DNA of 47,228 bases from Patellaria atrata CBS 101060 (taxonomy: Eukaryota). Every line of letters starts with the position of its first letter. Position 1 is the first letter of the stretch. Where the stretch lies: assembly GCA_010093705.1 (NCBI GenBank), contig MU006103.1, forward strand, positions 482,008 to 529,235. Direction: 5' to 3'. The translations under genes were made by a program, and so were the position numbers. A model generated the notes under the pieces. It saw nothing but the letters and a program-made list of their open reading frames with translations, did no database searches and was not told the origin of the DNA. This document shows positions 1-11,955 of the stretch, piece after piece.

Positions 1-331
1 GCCCCCCATAGTCACTCACATAATCCCTTTGTCCTTTGTTGCACGCAGTTACCTACCTTTGTGTATCCATCACGTTCCAAGGTCAAAACTCCGCTTTACT
101 TTGCTGTGTTATTTGCGAAATCTCAGACATAGCGCACTGGGTCCCTTAGTCCCATCTTCCCGTATCTCGCCAACAAAGCGCCATCTCCGATTGCCGAATC
201 GAGTAATCTACACCGCCTGTTACCGCTATACACCGGTACTTCCCTGCTTTGCTACAAGTACTACTCTACTCTACCTTAACACTACCAAAACCTGATCCCC
301 TTCTTCTTCTTCTTACCTTACCCTATACACC

Positions 332-2408
332 ATGGACTTTCATCATCCACATCAACTCGACTTCCACCGCCCCTCGTCACAACTATCCGACACAGACCGA
401 AAACCACTTAGCTTATTCGACGACGACTTCGACGACTCTATTCTAGATACAAGCCTAATGTCTCCCGTGAGCGGGCACCGGAGAGACTCCTTCTCAACAT
501 CCAACGGACTCTTCTCTCCTGTGGACAATCTATTTGACGACCACTTCAGCCACGCAGTCTTCGATCAAGGCACCGTTCAAAGGATATCTTTCGAACAACA
601 ACCGCAAAGTAATAACCCGTTCGCCCGCATTACGCCAACTCAAGCAGCAACCTACGGCCAACGTCCTCTATGGCCTATCTCGGAAATTTCGGAGAATAGC
701 TCTGGCTCCGTCACTCCCGTTGGGCCAAAACCTTCAAAGTATCTTGCTGCCGGCCCTTTCGGTACGACAGACTTTGATCAAGGATCTCAACAGCCATTTA
801 TGCCAGTGCCGCAGAGCGGTCTTCCTCAATTTGGTGGACAACCTGTGCAAGATAATGTTCGACCAAGTTCTATATTCCCTCCTTCAGCCCAGGGTGGTCC
901 AGAACTGGTGCAATCTCCTCGGGATGGGCAGGACTGGATGGGCATGGCTGCGCAAGAGTCAGAGGCCCGACATGCAAACAAACGTGTACGACCTAACACA
1001 CCTCCACGATCCTTCTCCCCGGGATTCTCAAGACGCGATGGCGTACGGAAGAAGAATGCTCGCTTCGATATTCCCACTGGCAGAGATCTAACCAACATCG
1101 ACCAACTCATCGCGAGTTGCAATAATGAGGAACAGTTGAAGGAACTTAAGCAACAGAAACGGTTATTACGGAACCGACAGGCCGCGTACGACTCTCCCCA
1201 ATGCTTTGGTCCTTTGGTCCACATTCCCCTTTTGGTTTGAATGCTCCCTTTGCTAACCTTTCCACAGTCTCGATTCACGCCAACGGAAAAAGAAACACAC
1301 GGAAGAGCTAGAAGAGGAGAAGAAGATTTGGACTGAGCGGGTTAACTTCCTCGAAGAAGAGCTGGCTAATATGAGACTGCAATTGGATCGCCACATGGTT
1401 GAGAAAGAGCAGTGGCATTACCAGTTGGTGGAGAGGAATCAAATAATTGAATCTCTCCACTGCGAGAAAGAGGAGATGGTCCGTGTCCACACTCTGGAAA
1501 CTGGAGAGCTCCGTAAGAAGGTCAATATCCTGACCGAGAGACTTGATAATACCAACGTAATGTCTGCTGTCCCAAGTCAAACCGGCTTTACCGAGTTCAC
1601 TTCTGAAATGGATGGTCTTACTATGGGTAACGAGCTCAATGACTTCATCTTCGTGCAAGACGAATTCATCGATACCGACGCAGTCACACAGCCATCCTTC
1701 GAACAACCCGAAACCTCACTGGTTGTTGCAAGAAGGAAAGATACTACCGATGATAAGCCTGTCGCCTCCGGTCTTTTACTGATGCTGCTTCTTTGCGGTG
1801 CCTTTGTCGCCAGTAAGTCCTCTGGCACTACTGCTCTTCCACTCCCACGTATGTCAGATGAGGTCCGTGCCGCTTCGGCTACTGTCCTGGATAGCATCTT
1901 CAAGGATGCTGGTGTCGCCCCCTCGCCGTCCACTGCTCAAGGTACCTTTGCCATGAACCAAGTCACCCGAGTCGAAACTTCTTCCACTTCATGGTCTGAG
2001 ACGACTCTTTCCGGCAATGCATTCACGGATCTTTCTCAAGGTTCCACATTGGATCAACTATCTGTTCATCTCTCGCAACCGTCTAGGGAGCAAGAAGAAC
2101 AGCAAGCCTTCCAGCTATCCGCAAGCCAATATAACAGCCTCACATCTAGCGACTTCACTCGAAGAAACTACATGAATGATGACGACAATTCGGATGCTCT
2201 TTCACCAGGCTCTCAGCCCTCGCACGGGCGACGTCATCTTGAAGCAGCGTTAGCAGCGATGAGGGATAGCAGTAAAGGGGACAGCGTTTCGGATGTCTAC
2301 ACCCGTAGTTTGCTCTGGGATTCGGTTCCGAGGAACGTTGTTTTGGACTTCCAAAGGATGATCGAGAACAGCGCCAACCAGAATAACGCCGGTACCGTCG
2401 ACGGTTGA
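332..2408 (+). CDS. bZIP transcription factor with a transmembrane segment C-terminal to the bZIP (2 exons: 332-1185, 1268-2408)
   Basis: Intron 1186-1267 (GTACGA...GCTAAC...CAG) joins KQQKRLLRNRQAA to LDSRQRKKKHTEELE, forming a bZIP basic region followed by a coiled coil. A hydrophobic stretch VASGLLLMLLLCGAFVA lies at 1761-1811. Confidence 0.9.
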
Positions 2409-3631
2409 AGATCCCTCTAAATGTCCCTCCCTAACGAGCTCATTTGACTTACACTCCTACCTACAACGCTACTACCTTTTCGTAGTAAGCCTCGAAATAT
2501 TCATTCTTCCTTTTGTTTTCACACCATGATTGGATCACTGATTGAGTATTGCATTGGCGGGTTTGTCCCTTCTAACACTGGGACGCGCGATCTGTTTTCG
2601 CTCCCGGCGGTCGCTGTCCTCATTTTCCGCTCTTGCTGTTAATTCCTTTACACATATGGGCTGGCCGTTCTTCTGTTTTCGAAACCTTGCATGGAGGGGC
2701 CGGCTTTCGTGTACGGTAGGAGCAGGACACGCGATCTATTTTAATTTCACCTTCATGTTTGGAAGATATTTTGGATATTCTGGATTCTATTTGGATTTTC
2801 CGTGGATTTCTTTTTTTTTTTTTTTGTGGCAAGAAAACAAGCGAGCGACAGAGCGATTTTGGATTTGATTCAGTGATCATTTTTAGGTTGGATGCACAAA
2901 TTGGGCCACACGGCAAGGGAATGGAACGAACTGGGAACGAACTGGAATGCGAATGAGCTGGAATGGGAATCACGTTTTGGATATGTATATGCTGTCGAAC
3001 CGCCTCATCGGCATCTGTTTTTCTCTTTTTCTTTTGTTCACACATACCTTTCTCGCTGGACGACGGGGGCAAAGCGACGCGTTTTGAACTTGTCTAATAT
3101 GTGAGGAAGGTGAGCGGAGCAGAGGGAAGAGATGATTCCGTACGGGAATGACAGATGGGGATTGGGAATTTTTGTTTTCTGACGAGTTTGTTCATATACC
3201 ATTTCCACCACCACTATACTATACAATTGCTTATCGGCACTTTCTTGTAATGATTGGATCTTTTGGACATCGAAGACAAGATTGAGACGATCGGACTATT
3301 TTATGTATCTAGGACTTTTTTTTCATGTCTTGTAGATGATTTCGATTTTGATTTGCTATAATATCAAGTACCTTATCGATCGGTATACAATGGGCTGATA
3401 TCCTTCAGAGTGATAATAAATGTCCCTTTCCCCTTCCCTTTTCCTTAATTCATAAATTCCCTATTTTCCAATACACATTTCCTTCCACGTGAAAAAACAG
3501 GTATCCAGACGCCGTTCGTCCCTCGACAGATCCACGGGAAAGCTTTAGTGGCACTACGCAGTGCATACGCTGCTCTCGGACCTTCCCTCCGCCCCGTTCC
3601 GCGGTTCTATCGTCAGAGCTCTAGATCGCGA

Positions 3632-6219
3632 CTATTGAGATGATGGAGGGTTATATTTGTCTTTCCAGATCCTGTCATCAGCATCATCGTCAGTCATGAA
3701 CGCAAAGAATACTAATTGTAATCCCAAAAAAAAACAACAACAACAACAACAACAAGAATGAAGTAAACAAAAGCGATTTCACACGAAAGAGAATAGATCA
3801 GCCAAGAAGGGTAAAAAAGCCGAGGGGGTGAGCGATCCGCTGGAGCTGGAGCAAGAACAGGTATCCCATCCCCTCCATGCCATCGAGTTCCTACATCCGC
3901 GTCCCGCCGAAAGAGTTTAACGGCGAGCCCACCTCAAGAGAATTACGAGAGAATGGGACGGGATATGATGATGCGAGACATGCAGACAGACCACGCATCA
4001 GCAATCACCAATAAATCCGCTGCAGGAGTGAGTAGTGAGACATCTGGGACTTGCTCCGGAATGGGATTCCTACAGTAGACTCCACAGAGCGTGTGCCACG
4101 TGTAACCCGCTCTGTATGCTGTATGCTGTGCCAACCAGGTTCCCTGAGCATCCTGGATGGCCAAAGAAAGAGTCCCCATGCCTGCCCTGGATGCTGGATT
4201 CGGCTCGGCATCATTGGATTGCAATGACTTTTGCTCTGTCTTTGACATTCTTGTTTGGGTGTGGGAAGAGCTTGGATTTTGGACATTTGGGGGCCGGTAT
4301 GGAGGGGGTCAGCGTGCACATAAAGTGTGATGATAACCCAAATCAGTTCTAGCGTAAGCGAAAGTAATTCCTTGTGGTGGAGGGTGTTCTGCATCGGGAC
4401 GTCCTCGGCCTATGATTTCGAGCTTGGCGGGAGAGAGTGAAACCGCGATGCGCTCGTGATGGAGGGAATTATCAACGACCGTGAATAGCGTTATCGAGCC
4501 CTTTGAAGACAGATGATTTTGATCGTGTCGTAATTGTTTTGGTTACCTGATTTGGGTCCATCAAGTTGGATGCATAGCATGTTTTTTTTTTTGCGACGCT
4601 AGCATTCTCCGGGCTGGATGCGACGCATGACATACACCTTGATATGGACCAGATGGTACGTGTTTGAGAAGCTTGTTGTTACTATCATTGTCGAATAGCA
4701 GGTTCCAAGGGGGGAAAGGCAGGGCTATCGATATATTGAAATGAAAGTAGAACGCATGCACTTACCAAGAGTTGCCTACAGTCTTGCTTCCCTTCTCCTC
4801 GGCCAGGCGCAGGTACTGCGCTGCTTTGAACTGCATACGCGTCAGTTAACTGTCAGTCAACCTGTCAGGAACGGTGTCCGAGATGCGAGAGGCGCAAGGA
4901 AAGAAAGCATATTTGACAGCAACAGCAACATGTCCAGCAGCTGCAAGAACTCTGGGACCTGCGTCTGCTATAAAATGATATATTTCTGCCCAAAGACGTC
5001 GTTCATGAAAAAAAAGGGGGATGCTTTTGCCATTAATCACCTTGTCTTTTTTACATCCAAAACCCTCGATGTAGCACCAGGCCACCTCACCCATCGCATC
5101 CGTGTCGCCTAGATTGGCTGCCGTCTCGTAGTACTGCTTCGCGGCCACGGCATCCTTCTTGATTCCCCAACCATGGCGGAAGCAATTGGCTAACTCGAAC
5201 ATAGCGAGAACGAGTTCCCCCTTTGCTGCACCGCCCTTTTTCATCCCAGCATCCAGAGCGAGAGCTTCCACCTGAGCAGCGTTCGCCGCCGCGTAGGATA
5301 GATAGCTAATCGCTTGCTCAGGAGAAGGCTCGCATCCCCATCCGTGTCTGTTTGCCGTCAGTCACCCGTTGCTAGTTCACCACGTCATCTGATTCTTTGG
5401 TTCAGGAGACGTTGGATGGTTTCCCCGGTTGACAAACTCACCTCAGAGCCATACCGTACAGGACCTGGCTTAGGGCATTGTTTGCGCCGTTAGGATCGGC
5501 CAATCTACCAAACATCGCTGTCGATTTCTCGAGATCTGGAGATCGTGGTGTAAGTGATTTGTTCTGTGATATCTGATCTCTCTTGCCAAAGCATGATGTA
5601 GGATCAAACTTACCGCCCGCTTCGTGCAAACGTATAGCCTCTTGTATATCGTCCTTTGCATATGATTAATTGTTTGATGATGAGAAGCTCCGATATCACA
5701 TACATCATTCTCCACGATGCTAATATGACTCTTACTGCTCCGAGGCCTGCTGCCCGAAGACTCTGCTCTCTGAATAGAATTCCCCTGTGCCAGCAATGTT
5801 GCCCTCTTCTCCCACTTAGCCTCATCTTCCACAGTATGTACTGCCGCCGATTGTATCTCCGGTAGATCCGCAGGAAGATTAATAGAGCTCGAGCTCGTTG
5901 TCCGCGACCGCGATCCCAGATGCAATCGCTCCGAGAGCCTTCGATCGGCCTTCGTCTTCGCGTCGGTGGTTGTGAGGTTATTGGGGGTCGCGTTAGAGCT
6001 TCTACGGAAGCGATGTGTATGTCTTTTGCTCTCTTCTACTTGGGGGTTGGGCTTGATCGCGTCGCCGGGGAAGGAAGGGGGCTCAATGACCTCCTGAGAT
6101 GTAGTGGTCGTGCGCATGAAAGTGAACTCTGGAATTTCTGGTGGAGTCAAACTCTGCCCACCCACCGCTCCTTCATCTCGGATGCGATCTTTCTTCTTCA
6201 AGAGGTCTTTAAGGGGCAT
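3632..6219 (-). CDS. Sel1-like repeat protein (Nif1/Dsf2-like mitosis inhibitor family); exons 6219-5704, 5653-5614, 5535-5442, 5347-5041, 4830-4766, 3671-3632
   Basis: Spliced product reads ...SQVLYGMALRHGWGCEP...FELANCFRHGWGIKKDAVAAKQYYETAANLGDTDAMGEVAWCYIEGFGCKKDK|FKAAQYLRLAEEKGSKTVGNSW|IWKDKYNPPSSQ*. All introns are GT-AG and exon phases are consistent. Confidence 0.85.
3733..3755. repeat. (CAA)n microsatellite preceded by an A-run, inside the long last intron of the Sel1 gene
   Basis: aaaacaacaacaacaacaacaacaag. Confidence 0.9.
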
Positions 6220-6778
6220 TGCGAGAGCTCGCGCTTCGTTTATTCCTAATGTCTGAATGCTCTTATGACGTGGTTAGGTGGACTTCGACAGTTTCTTTAT
6301 TCAACCCTCAATGTAGTACGATATTTCCTTAAGGAACCCACAGAAATATACAAAGATATCATGGAGTCGACCGATATAGTTGATATAATATTGTAGTTGG
6401 TTCGAGGAGCCAAGACTGGAACAGTGGCTATGTTTTTGCGGCTGGGTCTTCAGCCGTTCAGGAGCGATGTGCAGTCACTTCAGGGCCTTGTACTGAATTT
6501 GAGAATTCGTCATCCTCTAGCAACTTTTTCATAGTCAATGATTAGAGAAACGGCGTTCATTCAATAGATCAAATCTTTCTTTTATTGTTATTCTAATTGC
6601 CAATAATCATCATTTGCTAGGTGAATTCCCGATGTCGCTAATCCACACCAACCCCTCTAACATTACAGAAATGCAATTCCCACCTCTAACGATATAATAT
6701 AGAAGTAAGTATCCAAGGGTATCATGTAGCAGGGAGATGCTTGGGCCTTATTGCGCAACGATTCGTACATCAGGCTAT

Positions 6779-8285
6779 TTAGAACCCAACGAAGTCATCC
6801 TGCTGGGAGAGTTCATGGCCAGCATTTTCAGTTAGATCTGGGAGGAGTATATCTTCATCTGAGTCGACATCATCTCTGTAATCGTCGCCGGAACCATTCT
6901 CATCGCTAGAGATATCTGAAGAATTGTCCTCCTCGATCAAGAGGCGTTCTTCGCCAGCATTTGCTTTACGAAGCTGACCTGCTCTATCGACGTGTGGTAA
7001 TCGGCATTTCTTGTTGCGACATATACCTTTGTTAGCATAATCAGGACATTCAATAACATGACGGTCGGTGCAATTAGCCCCTTCTTCACAGTATCCAAGG
7101 ACTGCAAAAGGACGACACACCGGAGCCCCTGGGTTGACTCGAACGTGGGCATAGCGACAGCTATCGTTCGTGCAATTACCGCGAAGGAAATGAACACAAG
7201 CGGGAACACGGTTAGCTGAACAGTCGTGAGAAAGATCGCAAAGATCGCCTGTTGAACAGCTGCCCTTTTGCAGATATTCCTTGCAGATTGCAACCTTATG
7301 GGGATCATGAATATACCGACAGCGGGGTCCTTCGGGACAAGTACCTGTATTCCAAAAGTTAGCAGTTCTTCAAGGGGATTGTAGCCATGATTATGAAGAC
7401 GCGATGCATCGTAATCGCCTATTGTGGAAGGGAAAAATGGTACCGGTAGTCGAGAACCGTTGGCACGGCTCTAGTAGTTTTTTCACGGGGCGTTGCCTAG
7501 AAGGATGTCAGTTTCATCAAAATGGCGTAAGATAGCTTACGAACGCTTTTATCTTTACAAGGCCAGAGCGATAAAGGTTTCCATTCTTACTGCGAAGGAA
7601 GGTCACCCCCCCAATCTTGGCCGATTTTGGAGTCGATCGTCCACGGGCGACATCGTCTGCGAGGTGAGAGAATGCTCTTTTGTTTGTAGAGTGCGAAACC
7701 ATACCAGTTACTTTGATAAGCTTGCTACCACCATCTACCACTCGAAACCGAATCTCGTCAACCATAACTTCGTAAACCTGCTGGTCAGGACGTTGGGAAA
7801 TCAAATCGAAATGCCGACTAATTTTAGCCTTTTCCTCCATATTACGTTGCGCCCTTCGTTGTTTCGCTGTATCCGCTATGTCTTTCTGCCGTTGCTGTGC
7901 ACGCTCGTCGTACACAGATGTATTTATAAGCTGCATATGCCTATCTCGTTTTGATACCCAGTTCGAGGCCATGCTTTCCATTGAGCTTTCCGTCGAGTTG
8001 TTGGTTTGGAAAGCTACCATATTCTGATTTGCTTTATTTATGACTAGAGTACGGTTGCGATGAGTTGGCGGCATATGTCGAGACGTGCCCCGATACCTCG
8101 ATGGCTGATATTGTTGGCCATATGGTGTCCCACGGACAGGCTGCCAGCTAGCTGGTCCCCGTTTGTGCGCATTAATACGGCCTATTTGTACATCAGTCCT
8201 ACGAAGTCTTATAAACTGGCAAAGAATAGAAGAGAATACCTGCGAGTGCAGCGATCTTCGCCTGTAGTTCTTGTTCTTCAGACAT
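6779..8285 (-). CDS. CCCH zinc-finger protein, ZC3H3/Red5-like; exons 8285-8240, 8181-7705, 7656-7545, 7496-7444, 7344-6779
   Basis: Starts MSEEQELQAKIAALAGRINAHK and contains GGVTFLRSKNGNLYR. Tandem CCCH fingers: CQRFSTTGTCPEGPRCRYIH, CKEYLQKGSCSTGDLCDLSH, CVHFLRGNCTNDSCRYAH, CRPFAVLGYCEEGANCTDRH, CPDYANKGICRNKKCRLPH. Confidence 0.85.
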
Positions 8286-8882
8286 GTGTAATAAGAATCC
8301 CTACACGTTAGTACCTCAAGTTGAAATATTAACTATCATGGATTTCAAGCACTTCTGGAGAGAGAGCAAGTTAAGAAAAGCAAGAAACAATGGAGAGAGG
8401 TGCGAAAGATGATAGAGCCGTTCGGTGGCGTTTGTTCGAGCTAGAACTAGTTTCCCTTGGGTCATTAAGGTGTGTAAAGAACACATTATGTAAGCAGTAC
8501 TGTCATGCGGCTGGCCTTGGCGTTTACTTTATTAAGTCTACCATGACACGCATAATGATACAAAGGGGATAAACGACTGATATATCCAGATCTACACCAT
8601 CATACGGAGTCATTTATGATAGTTAAGACTACTTTCCTTCACTATCCGCTCCGGTCTCTCAATGCGCGTGTATTCCTCATTTAGTACACACTTTGTAATT
8701 CGAGTAAGGTCCCTTGGTCACCTCGAATCCCACATAAGATAAAGCTTTAAGTTGTTGGTATGACCCATTTAAAAGCGCACTCCATTAAAAATGGATATAA
8801 GACCACGAAGTGCTTGACAAGAGAAGGTATTCAATCTGTAGCTACAGTATGTTCCCAGTTCAATGTTGATGTTATTTCTATG

Positions 8883-10678
8883 TTACACTGAACATGATTG
8901 TTTCATCGCCATGTTCACAAGGCTACCTAAGCGATTCAACTCTGTATCTGTTTCCATGAATATTCTCTTGGGAATATCAAATTCAATGACTGGCATCTTT
9001 TTCATTTCCTTTTGGAGTTCAGATTCAATAAGCTAGCAAATGATCAGTGTCGATACCTTAAGTAATTGTAGTTTGAGGACTTACTCCAGTATAGGAATGA
9101 TCGAGAAAATCCTCCAAGTTATAAGATTTCTTAGTAAACTGTTCAGAAATTATCTTAGCTAATGTAGCCACATTTGGATGGTAATGAGACTGCAATGTTT
9201 CGATTTCCCAGAGACTGCTTTCAAGGGCCCCAGTCTCCATTGGATCTCCCAAGCTCATATCGAAAGGATCATCCATGCCATTCTCTTCTAGATCTCTTCG
9301 AGACAATTCGTCTGGAGTTTCCCGATGAATCATAAAGGTACAAGCTGGATGAGTTTTCAACATGTTATATATCCAAGGTACGATAACTACAATAGCTGCT
9401 GGAGGGCCATGTAAGGCTAATCTTGATAACCTCTTTATGAAGCTTGCAACTAGAGCAGCTGGTAAGTGTGTTGAAGCCATAAATGTGTCTAATAACCGGA
9501 AAAATCGGGATCTATGTTTAGAGTATATAAGATCCTCATTTAGCAATGAGTAGAGTTTAGGATAGAAGGATGGGTAATCGAGATTTTTTTCCTGAATCAG
9601 GTCGAACAGGCCAGACAGAGCTAACAGAGACGTTGCCCCACCGGTATCATAAGAATCCGTAAGGAAGTCCATAAGTAGTTCGACCTTAATAAACCACGGA
9701 ACTATATTCGAGGACATGATAGTCAACACCCTCTTACGTTGGTCTTTACCAAGTCCTGTTGAGAGTAGTCTCAACCATGCGATTTGAGCCTGCTTTTTCT
9801 GCGACACGAGGGACTGGACCCGCTTGTTTTGCGCTTGCGGAGCTTCTCCATAAGATCTTTCTAGGCTCTGATCAGATTCTTTGATTGGTTTTATAGCACT
9901 CAATATTTCCAAAGCATTCGCTCTGAATTTTTCTTTTCGGTCTCCGTCGTTCTCGGCGTCCATTAAAAGCCTCCTATCTTGCTGTCAACTTAAAATACTC
10001 CTTCTGGCAGCGGAGGACTTACTCGATGATCTGGAAAAGATAGAATCTGATATCGCCATAGACATTGACATATTTGTCCACTAATTCTCGCAGAATAACC
10101 CCGGGCTTCTCCGCGCTCAGGAGGGCGCTCAGCAAGCTTCTGAAAATACCCGAATTCCAGGAAAAGTCATCTTGAGCCTTCATTTGAATGACTTCTCCCT
10201 TTAAAAGCTGCATTATCAGTACAAAGGTACTGGTTTGCCTTGCAGGATCATCTTGAACTAGGAGACCGAGTAACGTTTGAACATATGAGTGGTATTTGAC
10301 ACACAACCACTGCACAACGGTGCGCTCTTCTTTCGAGTTATGCTTGCCCTGGTTTAATGAGCCATCGGTGAATAATCTTGAGAAAACTCTACAAAGGGCA
10401 ATAGCAGCGAGCATCCGAGTCTCGTCCTCGGTCTCCTCATTTTGCGTAAACGATAACAGTGCTGTAATATTGTTCAGGTACTTCCGGGATGCTGTTATTT
10501 GACTTTCAAGATTCAAGATTTCTTCCTCGGTATCGTTAATGTCGATAGATGATTCCCTGGACTTTTTGGCTCTGGCCTTGTCTTTGGTAGATGCTTCTCC
10601 ACGCCTAGTATTACTTTTTTTCCTAGGTACCGATTGAATTTCCTGCTCCTCATACCTCTTTCTTTTCTGGACTGCCAT
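8883..10678 (-). CDS. NOC4: Nucleolar complex protein 4 (CBF/Mak21 family); introns 10022-9974 and 9084-9033; start may instead be the ATG at 10702
   Basis: LMDFLTDSYDTGGATSLLALSGLF, NLDYPSFYPKLYSLL, HLPAALVASFIKRLSRLAL, SSLWEIETLQSHYHPNVATLAKII, YNLEDFLDHSY. Confidence 0.92.
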
Positions 10679-10859
10679 CTGAGTTACATTGATGTACGGC
10701 ATAATCTGTTCCGTCTGTATATAACGTTGCACATCCAGAAAAATTCCTCGGATATCATTTCGGGTTAGCCAACGCCAAGCCATCTCAACTCCAGTCTTGT
10801 ATGAGCTACCTCCAGCAAAGCTCATTTCATTAAAGAATCACAATCCTTCATCTCCGCTC

Positions 10860-11756
10860 ATGGCTTCACGTCTCGTAAGAAGTGCTGTTGGTCAGTATAC
10901 AGCAATACTAACAAATAGTTTAAGCCATTGGCCCTGGTACTGACATCTTACAGGCGCCGCAAGGGTCCGCCCTACGCCCACTCTCCGTTTAGTTCCTCCC
11001 ATCTCCACGCAAGTCACATCGGCCAGATATGCTTCAAATGTTCCGGTGGAGGATCCAAAGCAAAAGGCTCAGTCTCTCTTTGACTCACTTCCGGGCAATA
11101 ACCCGGTCGCCAAAGCTGCGATCCTTTCTGCCGGAGCAGGTTTGTCCGCATTCGCAATCAGCAATGAACTCTACGTCGTCAACGAGGAATCTATTGTTGC
11201 ACTGAGTCTCCTCACGATATTCTGGGCAGTTGGGAAATATGGCGGTCCGATGTACAGTGAATGGGCTAAGGGTCAGAATGAGAAGGTTAAGAACATTTTG
11301 AATCAAGCGAGGGAAAACCATACTGCGTCTGTCAAGGAGCGAATTGATAACGTCAAGAACCTCGAGGGTGTTACGGACATTACAAAAGCGCTTTTCGAGG
11401 TCTCAAAGGTGTGAATCTTACGGTGGTCAGCTTTCCGGGGCGTTAACTAACAACGTTGGAATAGGAAACCGCGGAACTTGAAGCGAAAGCATATGAGCTA
11501 GAGCAAAGAACAGCACTGGCTGCTGAAGCAAAGAGTGTGCTTGATTCCTGGGTACGGTATGAGGGTCAGGTCAAGGCCAGGCAGCAGAAGGAGCTCGCAG
11601 AAAGTGTCATTTCAAAGATTGAAAAGGAACTCGAGAATCCTAAGACGCTTAAGCAGATCCTTGACCAGAGCGTGGCAGATATTGAGAGTAAGTGCTCCAT
11701 GATCTGGTAAGAAATGAATGTACTAACTTTATAAAGGGATCGTTTCAAAGGCATAG
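10860..11756 (+). CDS. ATP4: Mitochondrial ATP synthase subunit b (subunit 4); introns 10891-10953, 11409-11464, 11688-11736
   Basis: Presequence MASRLVRSAVG, then ISNELYVVNEE, LFEVSK|ETAELEAKAYELEQ, KSVLDSWVRYEGQVKARQQKELA. Confidence 0.96.
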
Positions 11757-11955
11757 AGCCCGACAAGCTCTTCCCTTGTTAATAAACCTGTTTCAAGTAG
11801 TCATCCCTATTCTTCTCGATTGAGTCATGTGTTCATTAGGTCATCAAGCTCATTTAGAGAATTTCTGTACAGTTTAGCACTCTAACGTAGATTCAGCGCC
11901 GTGAACCTCTTTGCGTATCTTACTCCTGCTAAAAGTTTTACCGACCATCTCATGC

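Noticed and set aside
332..2408. bZIP as HAC1/HacA
   Set aside because: Its only intron is a normal spliceosomal GT-AG intron within the basic region. No Ire1-type twin stem-loop intron was seen and the sequence does not resemble HacA.
3672..4765. Telomerase RNA, U3, RNase P/MRP, SRP RNA or a TPP riboswitch in the long intron
   Set aside because: No CCCTAA/TTAGGG template. AGAGTGAAACCG and GATGATTTTGA resemble U3 boxes B and C, but box A is missing. GAAAGAGTCCCC lacks a matching MRP CR-V. No SRP helix-8 motif or TPP aptamer core was found.
4831..5040. Cys-rich reading (SCSCWTCCCCCQIC) or alternative exon in the 210-nt intron
   Set aside because: The Cys-rich frame is not the one reached from the upstream donor, there is no good branch point, and it derives from a TGC/TGT low-complexity tract.
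10679..10825. N-terminal extension of NOC4 from the ATG at 10825
   Set aside because: It would start 35 bp from the divergent ATP4 ATG, leaving no promoter space, and the peptide does not look like Noc4.
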